DNA of 64,000 nucleotides from Armatimonadota bacterium. Its GTDB lineage: Bacteria > Armatimonadota > SYMT01. Below, piece after piece: positions 38,399 to 50,094 of this stretch. Within the stretch, counting starts at the first letter, position 1; every line of letters begins with the position of its first letter. The stretch is taken from NCBI GenBank assembly GCA_041690135.1, contig JAWLHY010000001.1:1120001-1184000 (forward strand), in the 5' to 3' direction. The notes under the pieces are model-generated. The model had not been told where the DNA came from. It ran no database searches and worked only from the letters and a program-made list of their open reading frames with translations. The position numbers and the translations under genes are program-made.

Positions 38399-38426
38399 CG
38401 ACGTGGCAGGCCCCCTGATCAGGGAA
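38399..38426. repeat. Dispersed REP-like repeat (same family as 4930-4963)
   Basis: CGACGTGGCAGGCCCCCTGATCAGGGAA, two mismatches to the 4931-4958 copy. Confidence 0.8.
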
Positions 38427-38476
38427 GCGTTCTCTACTCGGACGTGGCAACGTCACGGCCGAACGGTGGCCGCTGG

Positions 38477-39427
38477 TTACGTTTCCTCGGGTGGGGATGC
38501 GGGCCGGGAGCGGACGACGGCCACCCCACCCAGGATGACGGCGGCGGCCGCGATTTCGCGCACCGTCAGCGTTTCGCCGAGGAGAGCGGCGCCCAGGGCC
38601 ATGGCGATGACCGGATTAACGTAGGCGTAGAGGGAGACGGTGCTGACCGGCAGCTTCTGGAGCGCGTAGATGTAGGCCGCGTAGCCGACCAGGGAGCCGA
38701 AGACCAGCAGGTACAGGAACGCGGCCAGCCCCTGCGGCGTGCAAGCCAGCCTCCCCCCTTCTCCCAGCAAGATTCCCGTCAGGGACACCAGACACCCGCC
38801 GACGATCATCTGGGCCGCGGCGCCCATCAGGGGTGAAACCGGTACGGGGCGATAGCGGGAGTAGATGGAACCCGCGGACCAGGACGCGCAGGCGACCTGT
38901 AGGCCCGCAAAGCCGAGCAGTACGCCGGTATCGAGGTGGGCGGCCTGCAGCCGGGGCGCCACCAGCAGCGCCATGCCGCAGCAGCCCAGGACCATTCCCG
39001 CCAGCGCGTTCCAGGTGGGGCGGTCACCTCCGGGGCGCAGCGCCTCCACCCCAACCATCCAGAAGGGCGTCGTCGCGACGGAGATGGCGGCGAGCCCGCT
39101 GGGCACCCACTGGGCGGACCAGGAGACGAAGCCGTTCCCGATGCCCAGAAGGGCGGTGCCGACGATGCCGAGGTGTAGCCAATCGGTGCGCGTGGGCAAC
39201 TCCTGTCCGCGCGCACGGAGCCAGGTCATCAACAGCACCCCGGCGGCGAGCACCCGCATTCCGTTGAAGAGCAGCGGGGGCGCCACCTGGACCCCCACCC
39301 GGATCGCCAGGTACGTGGTGCCCCAGAAGAAGCAGACGGCCAGCCAGGCGGCATAGGCCAATCTGCGGTCCTCCCCTGCTGGGCGGGGATCCGGTTCCGC
39401 GGCGGTTTCCCGAGAGCGCTCGCTCAT
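38477..39427 (-). CDS. EamA/DMT-family transporter (YedA-like)
   Basis: WGTTYLAIR, VPSGLAA, YLLVFGSLVGY, YAYVNPVIA; about 10 TMs. Confidence 0.92.
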   Translation of the reverse strand: MSERSRETAAEPDPRPAGEDRRLAYAAWLAVCFFWGTTYLAIRVGVQVAPPLLFNGMRVLAAGVLLMTWLRARGQELPTRTDWLHLGIVGTALLGIGNGFVSWSAQWVPSGLAAISVATTPFWMVGVEALRPGGDRPTWNALAGMVLGCCGMALLVAPRLQAAHLDTGVLLGFAGLQVACASWSAGSIYSRYRPVPVSPLMGAAAQMIVGGCLVSLTGILLGEGGRLACTPQGLAAFLYLLVFGSLVGYAAYIYALQKLPVSTVSLYAYVNPVIAMALGAALLGETLTVREIAAAAVILGGVAVVRSRPASPPEET

Positions 39428-39458
39428 TGAGAAGCCACCGGGCGTTTGCGTCCGACCA

Positions 39459-42400
39459 TCAGTCGACCCAGACGGTGCCGCCGGCGCGCCCCGCGACGGC
39501 GGAAGCCTCCTCGATCACCTTGGGGTTGATGCCGACCCGGAGGCCCGCCAGCACCTTTTCTTCGCGCCCGTTATTGTCGATGTGGAACATCAGGCGGGCG
39601 CTGCCGGGGTTGGCGGCAAAGATCTGGCGGAGGGTCATCAACTCGGTGCGGCGCGCCTGCCCGAGGCGGACGTGGATGCTGGGAACGTGGACGGCGGTGC
39701 TCATCTCAATGGGGGTGATCTCTTCGCCCTGGACCTCGACGATGGCCGGCGAGTCGTCGTCTTCCACGATGCGGTCCCGCACGCTGGCCCGCCCCTTGAT
39801 GATGACGATCTTGTCCTTCTCCAACTGCTCCTTGCACTTCTCGTAGCTCTTGGGGAAGAAGACGACGGTCATGGTCCCGGTCACGTCTTCCAAAGAGATG
39901 TTGGCCATCATATCGTTTTTCTTGGTCAGGCGCTGGGTGACCTGGGCGATGATGCCGCCGACAACCACTTCTTCGCGGTCCTTCTTTTCCGGAAGCTCTG
40001 CCGCGGTGACGGTCGTGGAACTGCGGAGGATACGCGCGGCCTCTTTGAGTGGATGGTCCGTGACGTAGACGCCGAGAAGGTCGCGCTCCATCGTACGCAA
40101 CTCGTGCTTCGGAAGCTCGGGCACGATGGGGAGCGACACGCTGAGGCTGCCCATGTCGTCCTCTTCATCGGCCCCCCCGCCGAAGAGGGAGGTCTGGCCG
40201 CGACTCTCCTGTTTCCGGATGGCGGAAGCGGAGGCCATGGCGGGCTCCAGCGCAGCGAGCAGCTGGGCGGTGTGCCCGGGCAGGCAGTTCATCGCGCCGG
40301 CCTTGATCAGGCATTCGATGGCGGTCTTGGAGATTGCCTGGCCGTCCGGAGAGCCGCAGACCCGGCGGATGAAGTCGCCGAAGTCGCTGAACGGGCCGCC
40401 TTCCTGCCGCGCCTTCATGATCACCTCGATACACGGGCGGCTGACGTTCTTGATCGCCTCCAGGCCCATCCGGATGGCATGGGGCTGCCCGTCCTTGGTG
40501 GCGATCGCAAACTCCGCTTCGCTCTCGTTCACGCTGGGCGGCAGCAGCTCGATCCCCATCCGGCGCACGTCGTTGATGTAGAGCGCCAGCTTGTCCTTCT
40601 TGTCCACGATGGACGAAAGGTTGGGCGCCATGAACTCGTGCGGGAAGTTTGCCTTGAGGTAGGCCGTATGGTAGCTGAGGACCGCGTAGGCCGCGCTGTG
40701 GTTCAGGTTGAACCCGTACGAGGCGAAGTTATACATCACCTCGTAGATCTGCTCGGCGATCTTCTGGTCCACCCCCTTGCCGACGGCGCCGTTGATGAAG
40801 ACCGGCTTCAGCTTCTCCATCACATCGGCCTTCTTCTTGCTCATGGCTTTCATGGCCGCTTCCGCCTGTCCGGCGGTGAAGTCGGCGAGGGCCATGGTGA
40901 TCTTCATCACCTGCTCCTGGTAGAGGATGATCCCGTAGCTGTTGTTCAGGATCGGCTCCAGCAGGGGGTGCAGATAGGTGATCTCGGAGAGGCCGTGCTT
41001 GCGTTTGACGAACTCGTCGGCCATGCCACTCTGCAGCGGACCGGGCCGGTAAAGTGCCACGAGCGCGATCAGGTCCTCCAGGCGGTCCGGCTTCAGGTTG
41101 CGGAGCAGCTTCTGCATGCCGCTGCTTTCAAACTGAAAGACGGCGATCGACTCCCCGGCCTGCAACAGCTTGTATGTCTTCTCGTCCGTGAATGGGACCT
41201 GCTTGAGGTCGACATCGATGCCGCGATGCTTCTTGACCAGCTTGAGGCACTTGTCCACCACGGTCAGGTTCCGCAGGCCCAGGAAGTCCATCTTCACCAG
41301 GCCGACCTTCTCCGCGTCGGACATTTCGAACTGAATGGCCACCGTGTCTTCGCCCATCTTCTGGATGGGGCAGTACTCGATGACCGGCTCTTTGGTAATC
41401 ACGACGCCGGCGGCGTGCACGCTGCAGTGACGGTAGAGGCCCTCCACGCTCTGCGCCGTTTCCACCAGCTTTTGCGCGCGCGGGTCCTCGTCGAACAGCT
41501 TCTTCAGCTCCGGGATGCTGACGAGGGAGTTGGCCAGCGTGGTGCCTGGGACGGTCGGGATCAGCTTGGCGACACGGTCAACTTCCGGAAGCGGGTACTC
41601 GAGGGCCCGCCCCGCATCGCGCACGGCGGCCTTGGCGGCCATGGTCCCGAAGGCGATGATCTGGGCCACGTGGTCGGCGCCGTACTTGTCCTTACAGTAC
41701 TGGATCACCTCTTCCCGGCGGTCGTCCGCGAAGTCGAGATCGATATCGGGCATCGACTTCCGCTCGCGGTTGAGGAACCGCTCGAAGAGGAGGTTGTAGC
41801 GGAGCGGGTCGATGACCGTGAGGTTCAGCAGGTAGGAAACGAGGCTGCCCGCCGCGGAACCTCTCGCCTGCGACATGATCCCCCGGCTCCGCGCGAACCG
41901 GACGAAGTCCTGGACGATCAGGAAGTAGGCCGCGTAGCCTTTCGTCTGGATCACGTCCAGCTCGTAGCGGAGCCGGTCTTCCAGCTCCTCGGTGTGGACC
42001 GGGTACTTTTCGGGGACGGCGTCGCGACACAGCTTCTCCAGCCACGATTCGGGCGTGTGGCCGGGCGGCACTTCACACACCGGCAGGTGCGTGGTGGAGA
42101 AGTCGAACTTGAAGTTGCAGCGCTCGGCGATCTGGAGCGTGGTCTCCATCGCCTCTGGCCACTGACCGAAAAGCTGGCCCATTTCCTCCGGTGAGCGGAG
42201 GTAAAAGTTGGGCGGTCCGTACCGCAGCCGCTTCGGATCGTTCATCGTCACGCCGGTCTGGATACAGAGCAGCACCTCGTGCGGATCGGCATCCTTCTGG
42301 CGGAGGTAGTGGACGTCGTTAGAGCAAGTAAGGGGCAGATTCAATTCCCGGGCGATGCGGACCAACTCCGGGTTGACGAAGTGCTGCTCCTTCAGGCCGT

Positions 42401-42926
42401 GGTCTTGCAGCTCCACGAAGAAGTGGTCCGGTCCGTAAATCTCCTTCAGCTCGCTCGCCCGGTTACGGGCCTCCTGCATCTCGTTCTTGAGCAGGTTCTG
42501 GCAGATCTCGCCACCCAGGCAGGCGCTGGTAGCGATGAGCCCCTCCCGGTACTCGTGCAGCAGCTCCTTGTCAACGCGCGGCTTGTAGTAGAACCCCTCC
42601 AGGTACCCGCGGCTCACCAGCTTCACCAGGTTCTTGTAGCCCGTCTCGTTCTTGGCGAGCAGCAGCATGTGGTAATAGTTCTCGCCCCGAGATTTCTTCT
42701 CGAACCGGGACTTCGGAGCGACGTACACCTCGCAGCCGATGATCGGCTTCACCCCCGCCGAGGTGCAATGCTCGTAGAACTGGACCACGTTGTACATCAC
42801 CCCGTGGTCCGTGATGGCGATGGCCGGCATCCCGAACGCCGCGGCCTGCTTGGCCATGTCCTTAGAGCGGCACATTCCATCGAGCAGGCTTCCTTCGGTG
42901 TGGCAGTGGAGATGGACAAACGACAT
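39459..42926 (-). CDS. dnaE: DNA polymerase III subunit alpha
   Basis: FVHLHCHTEGSLLDG PHP domain, RGSAAGS, FERFLN, MPDIDLDF, KMDFLGL, YQEQ, FASYGFN; about 1155 aa. Confidence 0.98.
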   Translation of the reverse strand: MSFVHLHCHTEGSLLDGMCRSKDMAKQAAAFGMPAIAITDHGVMYNVVQFYEHCTSAGVKPIIGCEVYVAPKSRFEKKSRGENYYHMLLLAKNETGYKNLVKLVSRGYLEGFYYKPRVDKELLHEYREGLIATSACLGGEICQNLLKNEMQEARNRASELKEIYGPDHFFVELQDHGLKEQHFVNPELVRIARELNLPLTCSNDVHYLRQKDADPHEVLLCIQTGVTMNDPKRLRYGPPNFYLRSPEEMGQLFGQWPEAMETTLQIAERCNFKFDFSTTHLPVCEVPPGHTPESWLEKLCRDAVPEKYPVHTEELEDRLRYELDVIQTKGYAAYFLIVQDFVRFARSRGIMSQARGSAAGSLVSYLLNLTVIDPLRYNLLFERFLNRERKSMPDIDLDFADDRREEVIQYCKDKYGADHVAQIIAFGTMAAKAAVRDAGRALEYPLPEVDRVAKLIPTVPGTTLANSLVSIPELKKLFDEDPRAQKLVETAQSVEGLYRHCSVHAAGVVITKEPVIEYCPIQKMGEDTVAIQFEMSDAEKVGLVKMDFLGLRNLTVVDKCLKLVKKHRGIDVDLKQVPFTDEKTYKLLQAGESIAVFQFESSGMQKLLRNLKPDRLEDLIALVALYRPGPLQSGMADEFVKRKHGLSEITYLHPLLEPILNNSYGIILYQEQVMKITMALADFTAGQAEAAMKAMSKKKADVMEKLKPVFINGAVGKGVDQKIAEQIYEVMYNFASYGFNLNHSAAYAVLSYHTAYLKANFPHEFMAPNLSSIVDKKDKLALYINDVRRMGIELLPPSVNESEAEFAIATKDGQPHAIRMGLEAIKNVSRPCIEVIMKARQEGGPFSDFGDFIRRVCGSPDGQAISKTAIECLIKAGAMNCLPGHTAQLLAALEPAMASASAIRKQESRGQTSLFGGGADEEDDMGSLSVSLPIVPELPKHELRTMERDLLGVYVTDHPLKEAARILRSSTTVTAAELPEKKDREEVVVGGIIAQVTQRLTKKNDMMANISLEDVTGTMTVVFFPKSYEKCKEQLEKDKIVIIKGRASVRDRIVEDDDSPAIVEVQGEEITPIEMSTAVHVPSIHVRLGQARRTELMTLRQIFAANPGSARLMFHIDNNGREEKVLAGLRVGINPKVIEEASAVAGRAGGTVWVD

Positions 42927-43337
42927 CGCGGGGTTTACTCCGTGGCGGTCGAGGAACGGGAGGCGATCCACTGGTATGGTCGGTTGCCGGCCGTCGTTCC
43001 GGACAGGCTCTCTGCATGCGCGTGTCGAGCTTTGTCGGGAATTAGCGGAAGGCAGCTGCCGGGCGGCGGATCGGAGCGGAGAACATCGGCTTTCGCCGGA
43101 AAATAGACTCTCGCCCGTCGGGCTGGCGACGGTGGCGTCGCCGTGCCGGAACCAGAGCAGTTTACCATACACCCACCCTTCCAACAAGCGAAGGGGCGCC
43201 CGCCGTTTGGGATCGCCCCTTCATCCAGTCACGCCTTCAGGACTCTCCGGTTTGGCTATTCCCACTTCCGAGGCGGCGCTACGCGCGGATCGGGCTCCAC
43301 GCTTGGAATCTGGCGCGCTCCCCAATGGCCACGGCCG

Positions 43338-43367
43338 TTGACGGGGCGTCGGCTTGTCGGGTATAGT
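43338..43367 (+). promoter_or_regulatory. Sigma70-type promoter for the DUF5343-like gene
   Basis: TTGACG-N18-TATAGT. Confidence 0.55.
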
Positions 43368-43517
43368 GCCGATAAGCCCCGACACGATGTTCCCGACGGC
43401 AGGCCCGACAGCCCTTGTCGGGTACCGCTCCGATGAACTGCGATCCGACGTGTGAAGAGCTTTCCGACAGGGGTCCGACAGGATAGAATCGCTCTGTCGG
43501 GATGAGCGAGGCCGACA
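43347..43517. repeat. Array of CCGAC(A/G) boxes in both orientations
   Basis: Eight exact CCGACA/TGTCGG, three CCGACG/CGTCGG and two CCGAT(A/G) within about 170 bp. Confidence 0.8.
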
Positions 43518-43529
43518 GCGGAAGAAACG

Positions 43530-44303
43530 ATGCCACAGCTACCGGAACGGGCGGCAGCCTACACACGGACCGGGATTCTGAAGCGTTTTCTCGATGCGCT
43601 TTCGGAATCGCTCCCCTCGCGGATCGACTCGGCCTACGCGGAGTCCCGCCTGGGGCTCAAGGGCGGAGATGTCCGCGCGTTCCTTCAGAGCATCCGGGTG
43701 CTGGGGCTGGTGGACCCGTATGGGCACCTGACCGAGCGCGCGCGGCGGACCCGCTCGGTGGCGCAGCGCCCCGGGGCGATCCGGGAAGGGCTGCAAGAGG
43801 CCTACCCGGACCTGGTGGCGCAGTGGGCCCGGCGGGGCGGTCTCACCCGCGAGGAATTGGAAGGAGAGTTCAAGGTCCACTACGGGCTCTCGTCCAGTAG
43901 CGCGGGGCCGGCTGCCAAGCTCTTTTCGGACCTGATGCGGGACTACGGCCATGCGGAACCGGCACGCGTTCCGGGCTACTCTGCCGGCACGACCGAAGCC
44001 CAGATAGCGGAACCCTCCTGGGCATCGGCTTCCTCGCCCGGTGGCTCTTCGGGGATGCCCCTGGGGCCATCCCCGGGAGGGTTGGCCGGCCCTACTCTCG
44101 CTCCCCCCACTCCGGGCGGAACTTCGCATCCGGCCGGACCATCCACTCCCGCCGGCACGGGAGCGGACGTGCGGCTGGCCGCGCTGGACGCGATCAAGTC
44201 GTCGCTTCGAATCGATATCAACGCCGAATGGGATGAAGACCGGATCCAACTGGTGTTCGATCGGATGGAGCGTCTGATGGGCAAGATCCTCAGCGAAGGC
44301 TGA
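43530..44303 (+). CDS. DUF5343-like protein
   Basis: YTRTGILKRFLD..P..I....LG...LGLVD..G..T...AIREGLQEAYPDL pattern, a Pro/Gly/Ser-rich linker and a short C-terminal LRIDIN...VFDRM domain. Confidence 0.7.
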   Translation: MPQLPERAAAYTRTGILKRFLDALSESLPSRIDSAYAESRLGLKGGDVRAFLQSIRVLGLVDPYGHLTERARRTRSVAQRPGAIREGLQEAYPDLVAQWARRGGLTREELEGEFKVHYGLSSSSAGPAAKLFSDLMRDYGHAEPARVPGYSAGTTEAQIAEPSWASASSPGGSSGMPLGPSPGGLAGPTLAPPTPGGTSHPAGPSTPAGTGADVRLAALDAIKSSLRIDINAEWDEDRIQLVFDRMERLMGKILSEG

Positions 44304-44476
44304 GTTCGGAACCCCCGGGGACTTACCGACGAGCGGTATGTAAGAGCAGATTGCGGAGAGGGCGCGGCGCGCCGGGAGGCGTTCACAAGCCGACAATGGC
44401 GGGGAATGGAGGACGCTCAGTCGCCCTTCCCGAATGTAAGGGTGGCAAACAGCCAACCCACGCTCCGCACTTTTTC

Positions 44477-46174
44477 ATGCCCCGTAGTAAACGCCACAAG
44501 CTCCCCCGGATCGCGCTTCCCCGGTTCGGCATTACCACCGCGAGCCTGCTTTGTCTCTTCCTGGCGGCGCTCGCCGCCCATGTCCTCTTCTCCTGGATGG
44601 GCTTCAGCCCTGCTGACGATGGACTGGTCCTGGCGGGCAGCCGCCGCCTTCTTCAGGGCGAGATCCCCCACCGCGACTTCATCGCCATTCGTCCCGTGGG
44701 TTCCCAGCTACTCCACTTACCCGCACTGCTGGTGGGAGGGGCCTACACGCTCTGGGTTTCCCGGTTGGTGGTTTGGTTCGAGATCGCGGTCATCGCGTGG
44801 ACATGGCCGGGAATCATTCACCGCTTCCTCAAGATCCACGTTCCTCGCTGGGAATACCAGCGGCATGCACTGGTGGTGTTCGCCCTCACGGCCAACCTGT
44901 TCCCGGTGATGCCCTGGCCGGCGGTCGATGGCCTGTTCCTGCTTTCGTTGGGTCTGGTGCTTTGCCTCGGGCAGTCCCGTACTCGCAGGATGCTGGGTTA
45001 CGCGCTGGTCGGAGCCGCGGGGGTGTGCGAGCCGGCCTTTCTGCCCATGGCTCCGCTTGCGCTGGCGATCGTGGGAGGCTGGGTCCGAGTCCGCTACTGG
45101 ATAGCGGCTGTCTTCCCCTGGCTGGGGTATGCCGTCTGGCTGCTTCTAGCTTCCGCCTTCGGCGACGGATACCGCCAGATGACTTCGGCAGAGTTGGTGC
45201 TGGGGTCCGGGGAAAGCGCGAGACCCAGTATCGTGGGTCTTGTCCTGGGAGCTCTCCTGGGCGGGTTCGCGGCGTACTGCGGATACTCCAAGCTCGAAAC
45301 GGGAGCCTTCGCCCAGCGGGCCAACGCGCAGCGCTGGGCCGGTACGCTGGGGCTCTTCGGGCTTCCGGTACTGGGGTCGCTCTTCCTGATAGGCGGTCGA
45401 TATGAAGGGCTGCCCACGTGGGGTTTATTGGGTGCGGCGGTCGGAGCGGCCGGCGCCTTGCTGTTCCACGAGCGGAAATTCTCCTGGCGCGTCCGGATCG
45501 GGGTGATCGCGACCGCCGTCGCGTTATGCACTTCCTTTTCGCTGGGGCACGGGAGCCCGGCACTGGCCACCGGACTCCTGGCCGCGCTGCTCCTGGGATA
45601 CGGACGGATTTACCCGCGTGACCGGGATCTGGTGAAGGGGGCGCGGAGTGCTTTCGGTCCGCTGGCTTCCGCGGTGGCGGTGCTCGTGCTGGCGTGCTTC
45701 ATCGTGGGTCGGTACCTGCACGTCTTTCACGAGCGGGGCGTGGGATCGATCAACGAGTCCCTTCAGGGAATGCTGCCAGGAGCCGGTTTCATCCAGACCA
45801 ACCGGAACACCTTCGACTTGATTGCGGACTTGCGCACGGCCACGGAGCGAGTGACGCTCATGGAGAAGGTCGATACCTACACCCTGGTGCCGGGGGTTCC
45901 TGCGCACTGGGTGGGATCGGTTTACGGCAATCCCCTCCCGCTGGATTGGATGCAGGAGAGGGAGTTGACCCGGCCCGGCCTGCTGGCGCTCGCGCAGAAC
46001 CGGCTCGACGCCAATAAGGGCAACATCGTCATTCTGGTTCAGAAGTGTGACGTCGAGAAGATCGCGCTCGGCGTTCGACCGTTGCCGCCGGGTCCATACG
46101 ACGCGCTGATCGCGCACGTGCGGAAGGGTTATCGGAAGGTCGACGAGACTCGCTACTTCGAGATCTATCGCTGA
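44477..46174 (+). CDS. Polytopic membrane protein, GT-C/ArnT-like glycosyltransferase candidate
   Basis: DDGLVL...LLQGEIPHRDF..IRP loop after the first TM, more than 10 TMs and a soluble C-terminal domain. Confidence 0.65.
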   Translation: MPRSKRHKLPRIALPRFGITTASLLCLFLAALAAHVLFSWMGFSPADDGLVLAGSRRLLQGEIPHRDFIAIRPVGSQLLHLPALLVGGAYTLWVSRLVVWFEIAVIAWTWPGIIHRFLKIHVPRWEYQRHALVVFALTANLFPVMPWPAVDGLFLLSLGLVLCLGQSRTRRMLGYALVGAAGVCEPAFLPMAPLALAIVGGWVRVRYWIAAVFPWLGYAVWLLLASAFGDGYRQMTSAELVLGSGESARPSIVGLVLGALLGGFAAYCGYSKLETGAFAQRANAQRWAGTLGLFGLPVLGSLFLIGGRYEGLPTWGLLGAAVGAAGALLFHERKFSWRVRIGVIATAVALCTSFSLGHGSPALATGLLAALLLGYGRIYPRDRDLVKGARSAFGPLASAVAVLVLACFIVGRYLHVFHERGVGSINESLQGMLPGAGFIQTNRNTFDLIADLRTATERVTLMEKVDTYTLVPGVPAHWVGSVYGNPLPLDWMQERELTRPGLLALAQNRLDANKGNIVILVQKCDVEKIALGVRPLPPGPYDALIAHVRKGYRKVDETRYFEIYR

Positions 46175-46206
46175 CGGGCTGGTCCAGGAGCCTATGGCCC
46201 TGGGGG

Positions 46207-46502
46207 ACCTTCTCGGTAGGGAATGTGACGCCGTTCCATTCCGCTGGCAACGAAGCTGATCCCGTCACGTCAAAGCGATCCAGTCCAGGTCCAGGATGGC
46301 TACGAGTTGGCGAGACGGGATCAGCTTCAGGTCGGGCGGAACGCTACGGCCCTATGCTTCGCCGGGTGTACGCGACGTTCCCTACGTGGGCCGCCATCGA
46401 AAGGTTGCCGGACGGAACGCGACCCCTCCGCCGGGCTGTACCGCCAGCGGGAGAGTCTAATCGCTACTTACCTGCTGCAACAATGAGGTGCAGCCGGTAA
46501 GG
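46207..46502 (+). ncRNA. Candidate structured non-coding RNA, family unassigned
   Basis: About 200-nt nested rod including a perfect 15-bp helix (46252-46266/46314-46328) plus further hairpins; G-U pairs favour the + strand. Confidence 0.4.
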
Positions 46503-46503
46503 C

Positions 46504-46537
46504 GTGAGAGGCCGGGGGTTTGCCCCCGGCCTCTCAC
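46504..46537. terminator. Terminator hairpin downstream of clpB
   Basis: Perfect 15-bp GTGAGAGGCCGGGGG-TTTG-CCCCCGGCCTCTCAC. Confidence 0.7.
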
Positions 46538-46568
46538 CTCATGATGCTGTCCGGAAGATCCCTCCGGC

Positions 46569-49184
<2,616 letters not shown>

Positions 49185-49397
49185 GGCTTTATCTGATCCA
49201 GTCCACGCATTGATCAGGGATTGTCCCAATCGGGAGGCCTGTCAAACGCCCAAAACCTACTCCAACTCGCTCCAACCGACCCGGGTTCCTGTTCCATTAC
49301 GGCCCAGTTGGTTCCAGGTTTCAGCTCAAGTTGGTGGGAAGCCCGGTGGGCGACCGGGCTCCCCCACTTCTTTTTGCCCCGTTTTACGCGAGGTCTA

Positions 49398-49850
49398 TCA
49401 TTCCTCCGCGGCGCCTCCGGCCGCCTTGACTTCGATGCGGCGCGGCTTGAGCACTTCGGCCTTCGGGAGGCGGATCGTCAGCACGCCGTCATCGTAGCTC
49501 GCCTTGACGGCGTCGTGCTGGAGCGGCAAGCCCAGGCGGAAAGCCCGATGGAACTGCCCGTGGGGTCGCTCGGCATGGAGCACGGTTTTCCCCTCGGGAG
49601 TTACCCACTTCCGCTCCCCACGGATCACCAACTCTTCACCGGTGAGCTGGACGTCCAGCTTTTCGCGATCCAGGCCCGGAAGGTCCACGTGGAGCAGGAT
49701 CGCGTCTTCATCTTCGAACACGTCCACGGCCGGGCGCCACACCCGCCGCCCATCGCTCTTGCTCGCGCCGTTGGTTTCCTCGAACATCCGCTCGAACTGC
49801 TGGCGGAGCCGCGTGACGTCAGCAAAAGGGTCAAAGATCGGAACCGACAT
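49398..49850 (-). CDS. Hsp20/alpha-crystallin small heat-shock protein
   Basis: WRPAVDVFE, VDLPG, GERK, ASYDDGVLTIRLPK. Confidence 0.95.
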   Translation of the reverse strand: MSVPIFDPFADVTRLRQQFERMFEETNGASKSDGRRVWRPAVDVFEDEDAILLHVDLPGLDREKLDVQLTGEELVIRGERKWVTPEGKTVLHAERPHGQFHRAFRLGLPLQHDAVKASYDDGVLTIRLPKAEVLKPRRIEVKAAGGAAEE

Positions 49851-49945
49851 CTCTCCAGTCTCTCCTCTTGAAGGTCTTCAGTTTGGCTCAAGGTGTTCCA
49901 GGAGCAGCTTGAGGGTCTGCTCTAGCTACCCCTGACTACATTAGC

Positions 49946-49974
49946 ATCGTATCTCTTTAGTCTTATGTTGTCAA
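49946..49974 (-). promoter_or_regulatory. Sigma70-type promoter for hsp20-clpB
   Basis: Minus strand TTGACA-N17-TACGAT. Confidence 0.65.
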
Positions 49975-50094
49975 GTAAAGACGCTAGATGACGCGCATAG
50001 CGGTTGTGGGAAATAGTTGCAACCATAGTGTCCTCCGGGTGGCATGGGGTCCGGATGTCCTGAGGAGCCAAAGGGTGCTAGAAAGAGGGCCGCA

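Noticed and set aside
39582-42194. Long antisense ORFs (also 53191-54771, 56115-58835, 60589-63396, 25817-27469)
   Set aside because: Shadow frames opposite well-supported genes; expected from high-GC codon bias, with no recognisable motifs.
39459-42926. Intein in dnaE
   Set aside because: The length is typical and the conserved motifs are continuous, with no C/S...HN-C/S/T insertion seen.
43000-43530. Chromosomal origin or LexA-regulated promoter next to dnaE
   Set aside because: No TTATCCACA DnaA boxes, no AT-rich unwinding element and no clear SOS box.
46225-46500. 91-aa ORF in the structured intergenic region
   Set aside because: GTG start, no recognisable motifs, and the sequence is better explained by base-pairing.
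49860-49990. CIRCE, HAIR or CtsR operator upstream of hsp20-clpB
   Set aside because: Only half-site-like matches (TTAGCA, CTTGAG, CTCAAG, TGTCAA) with wrong spacing; no full consensus.
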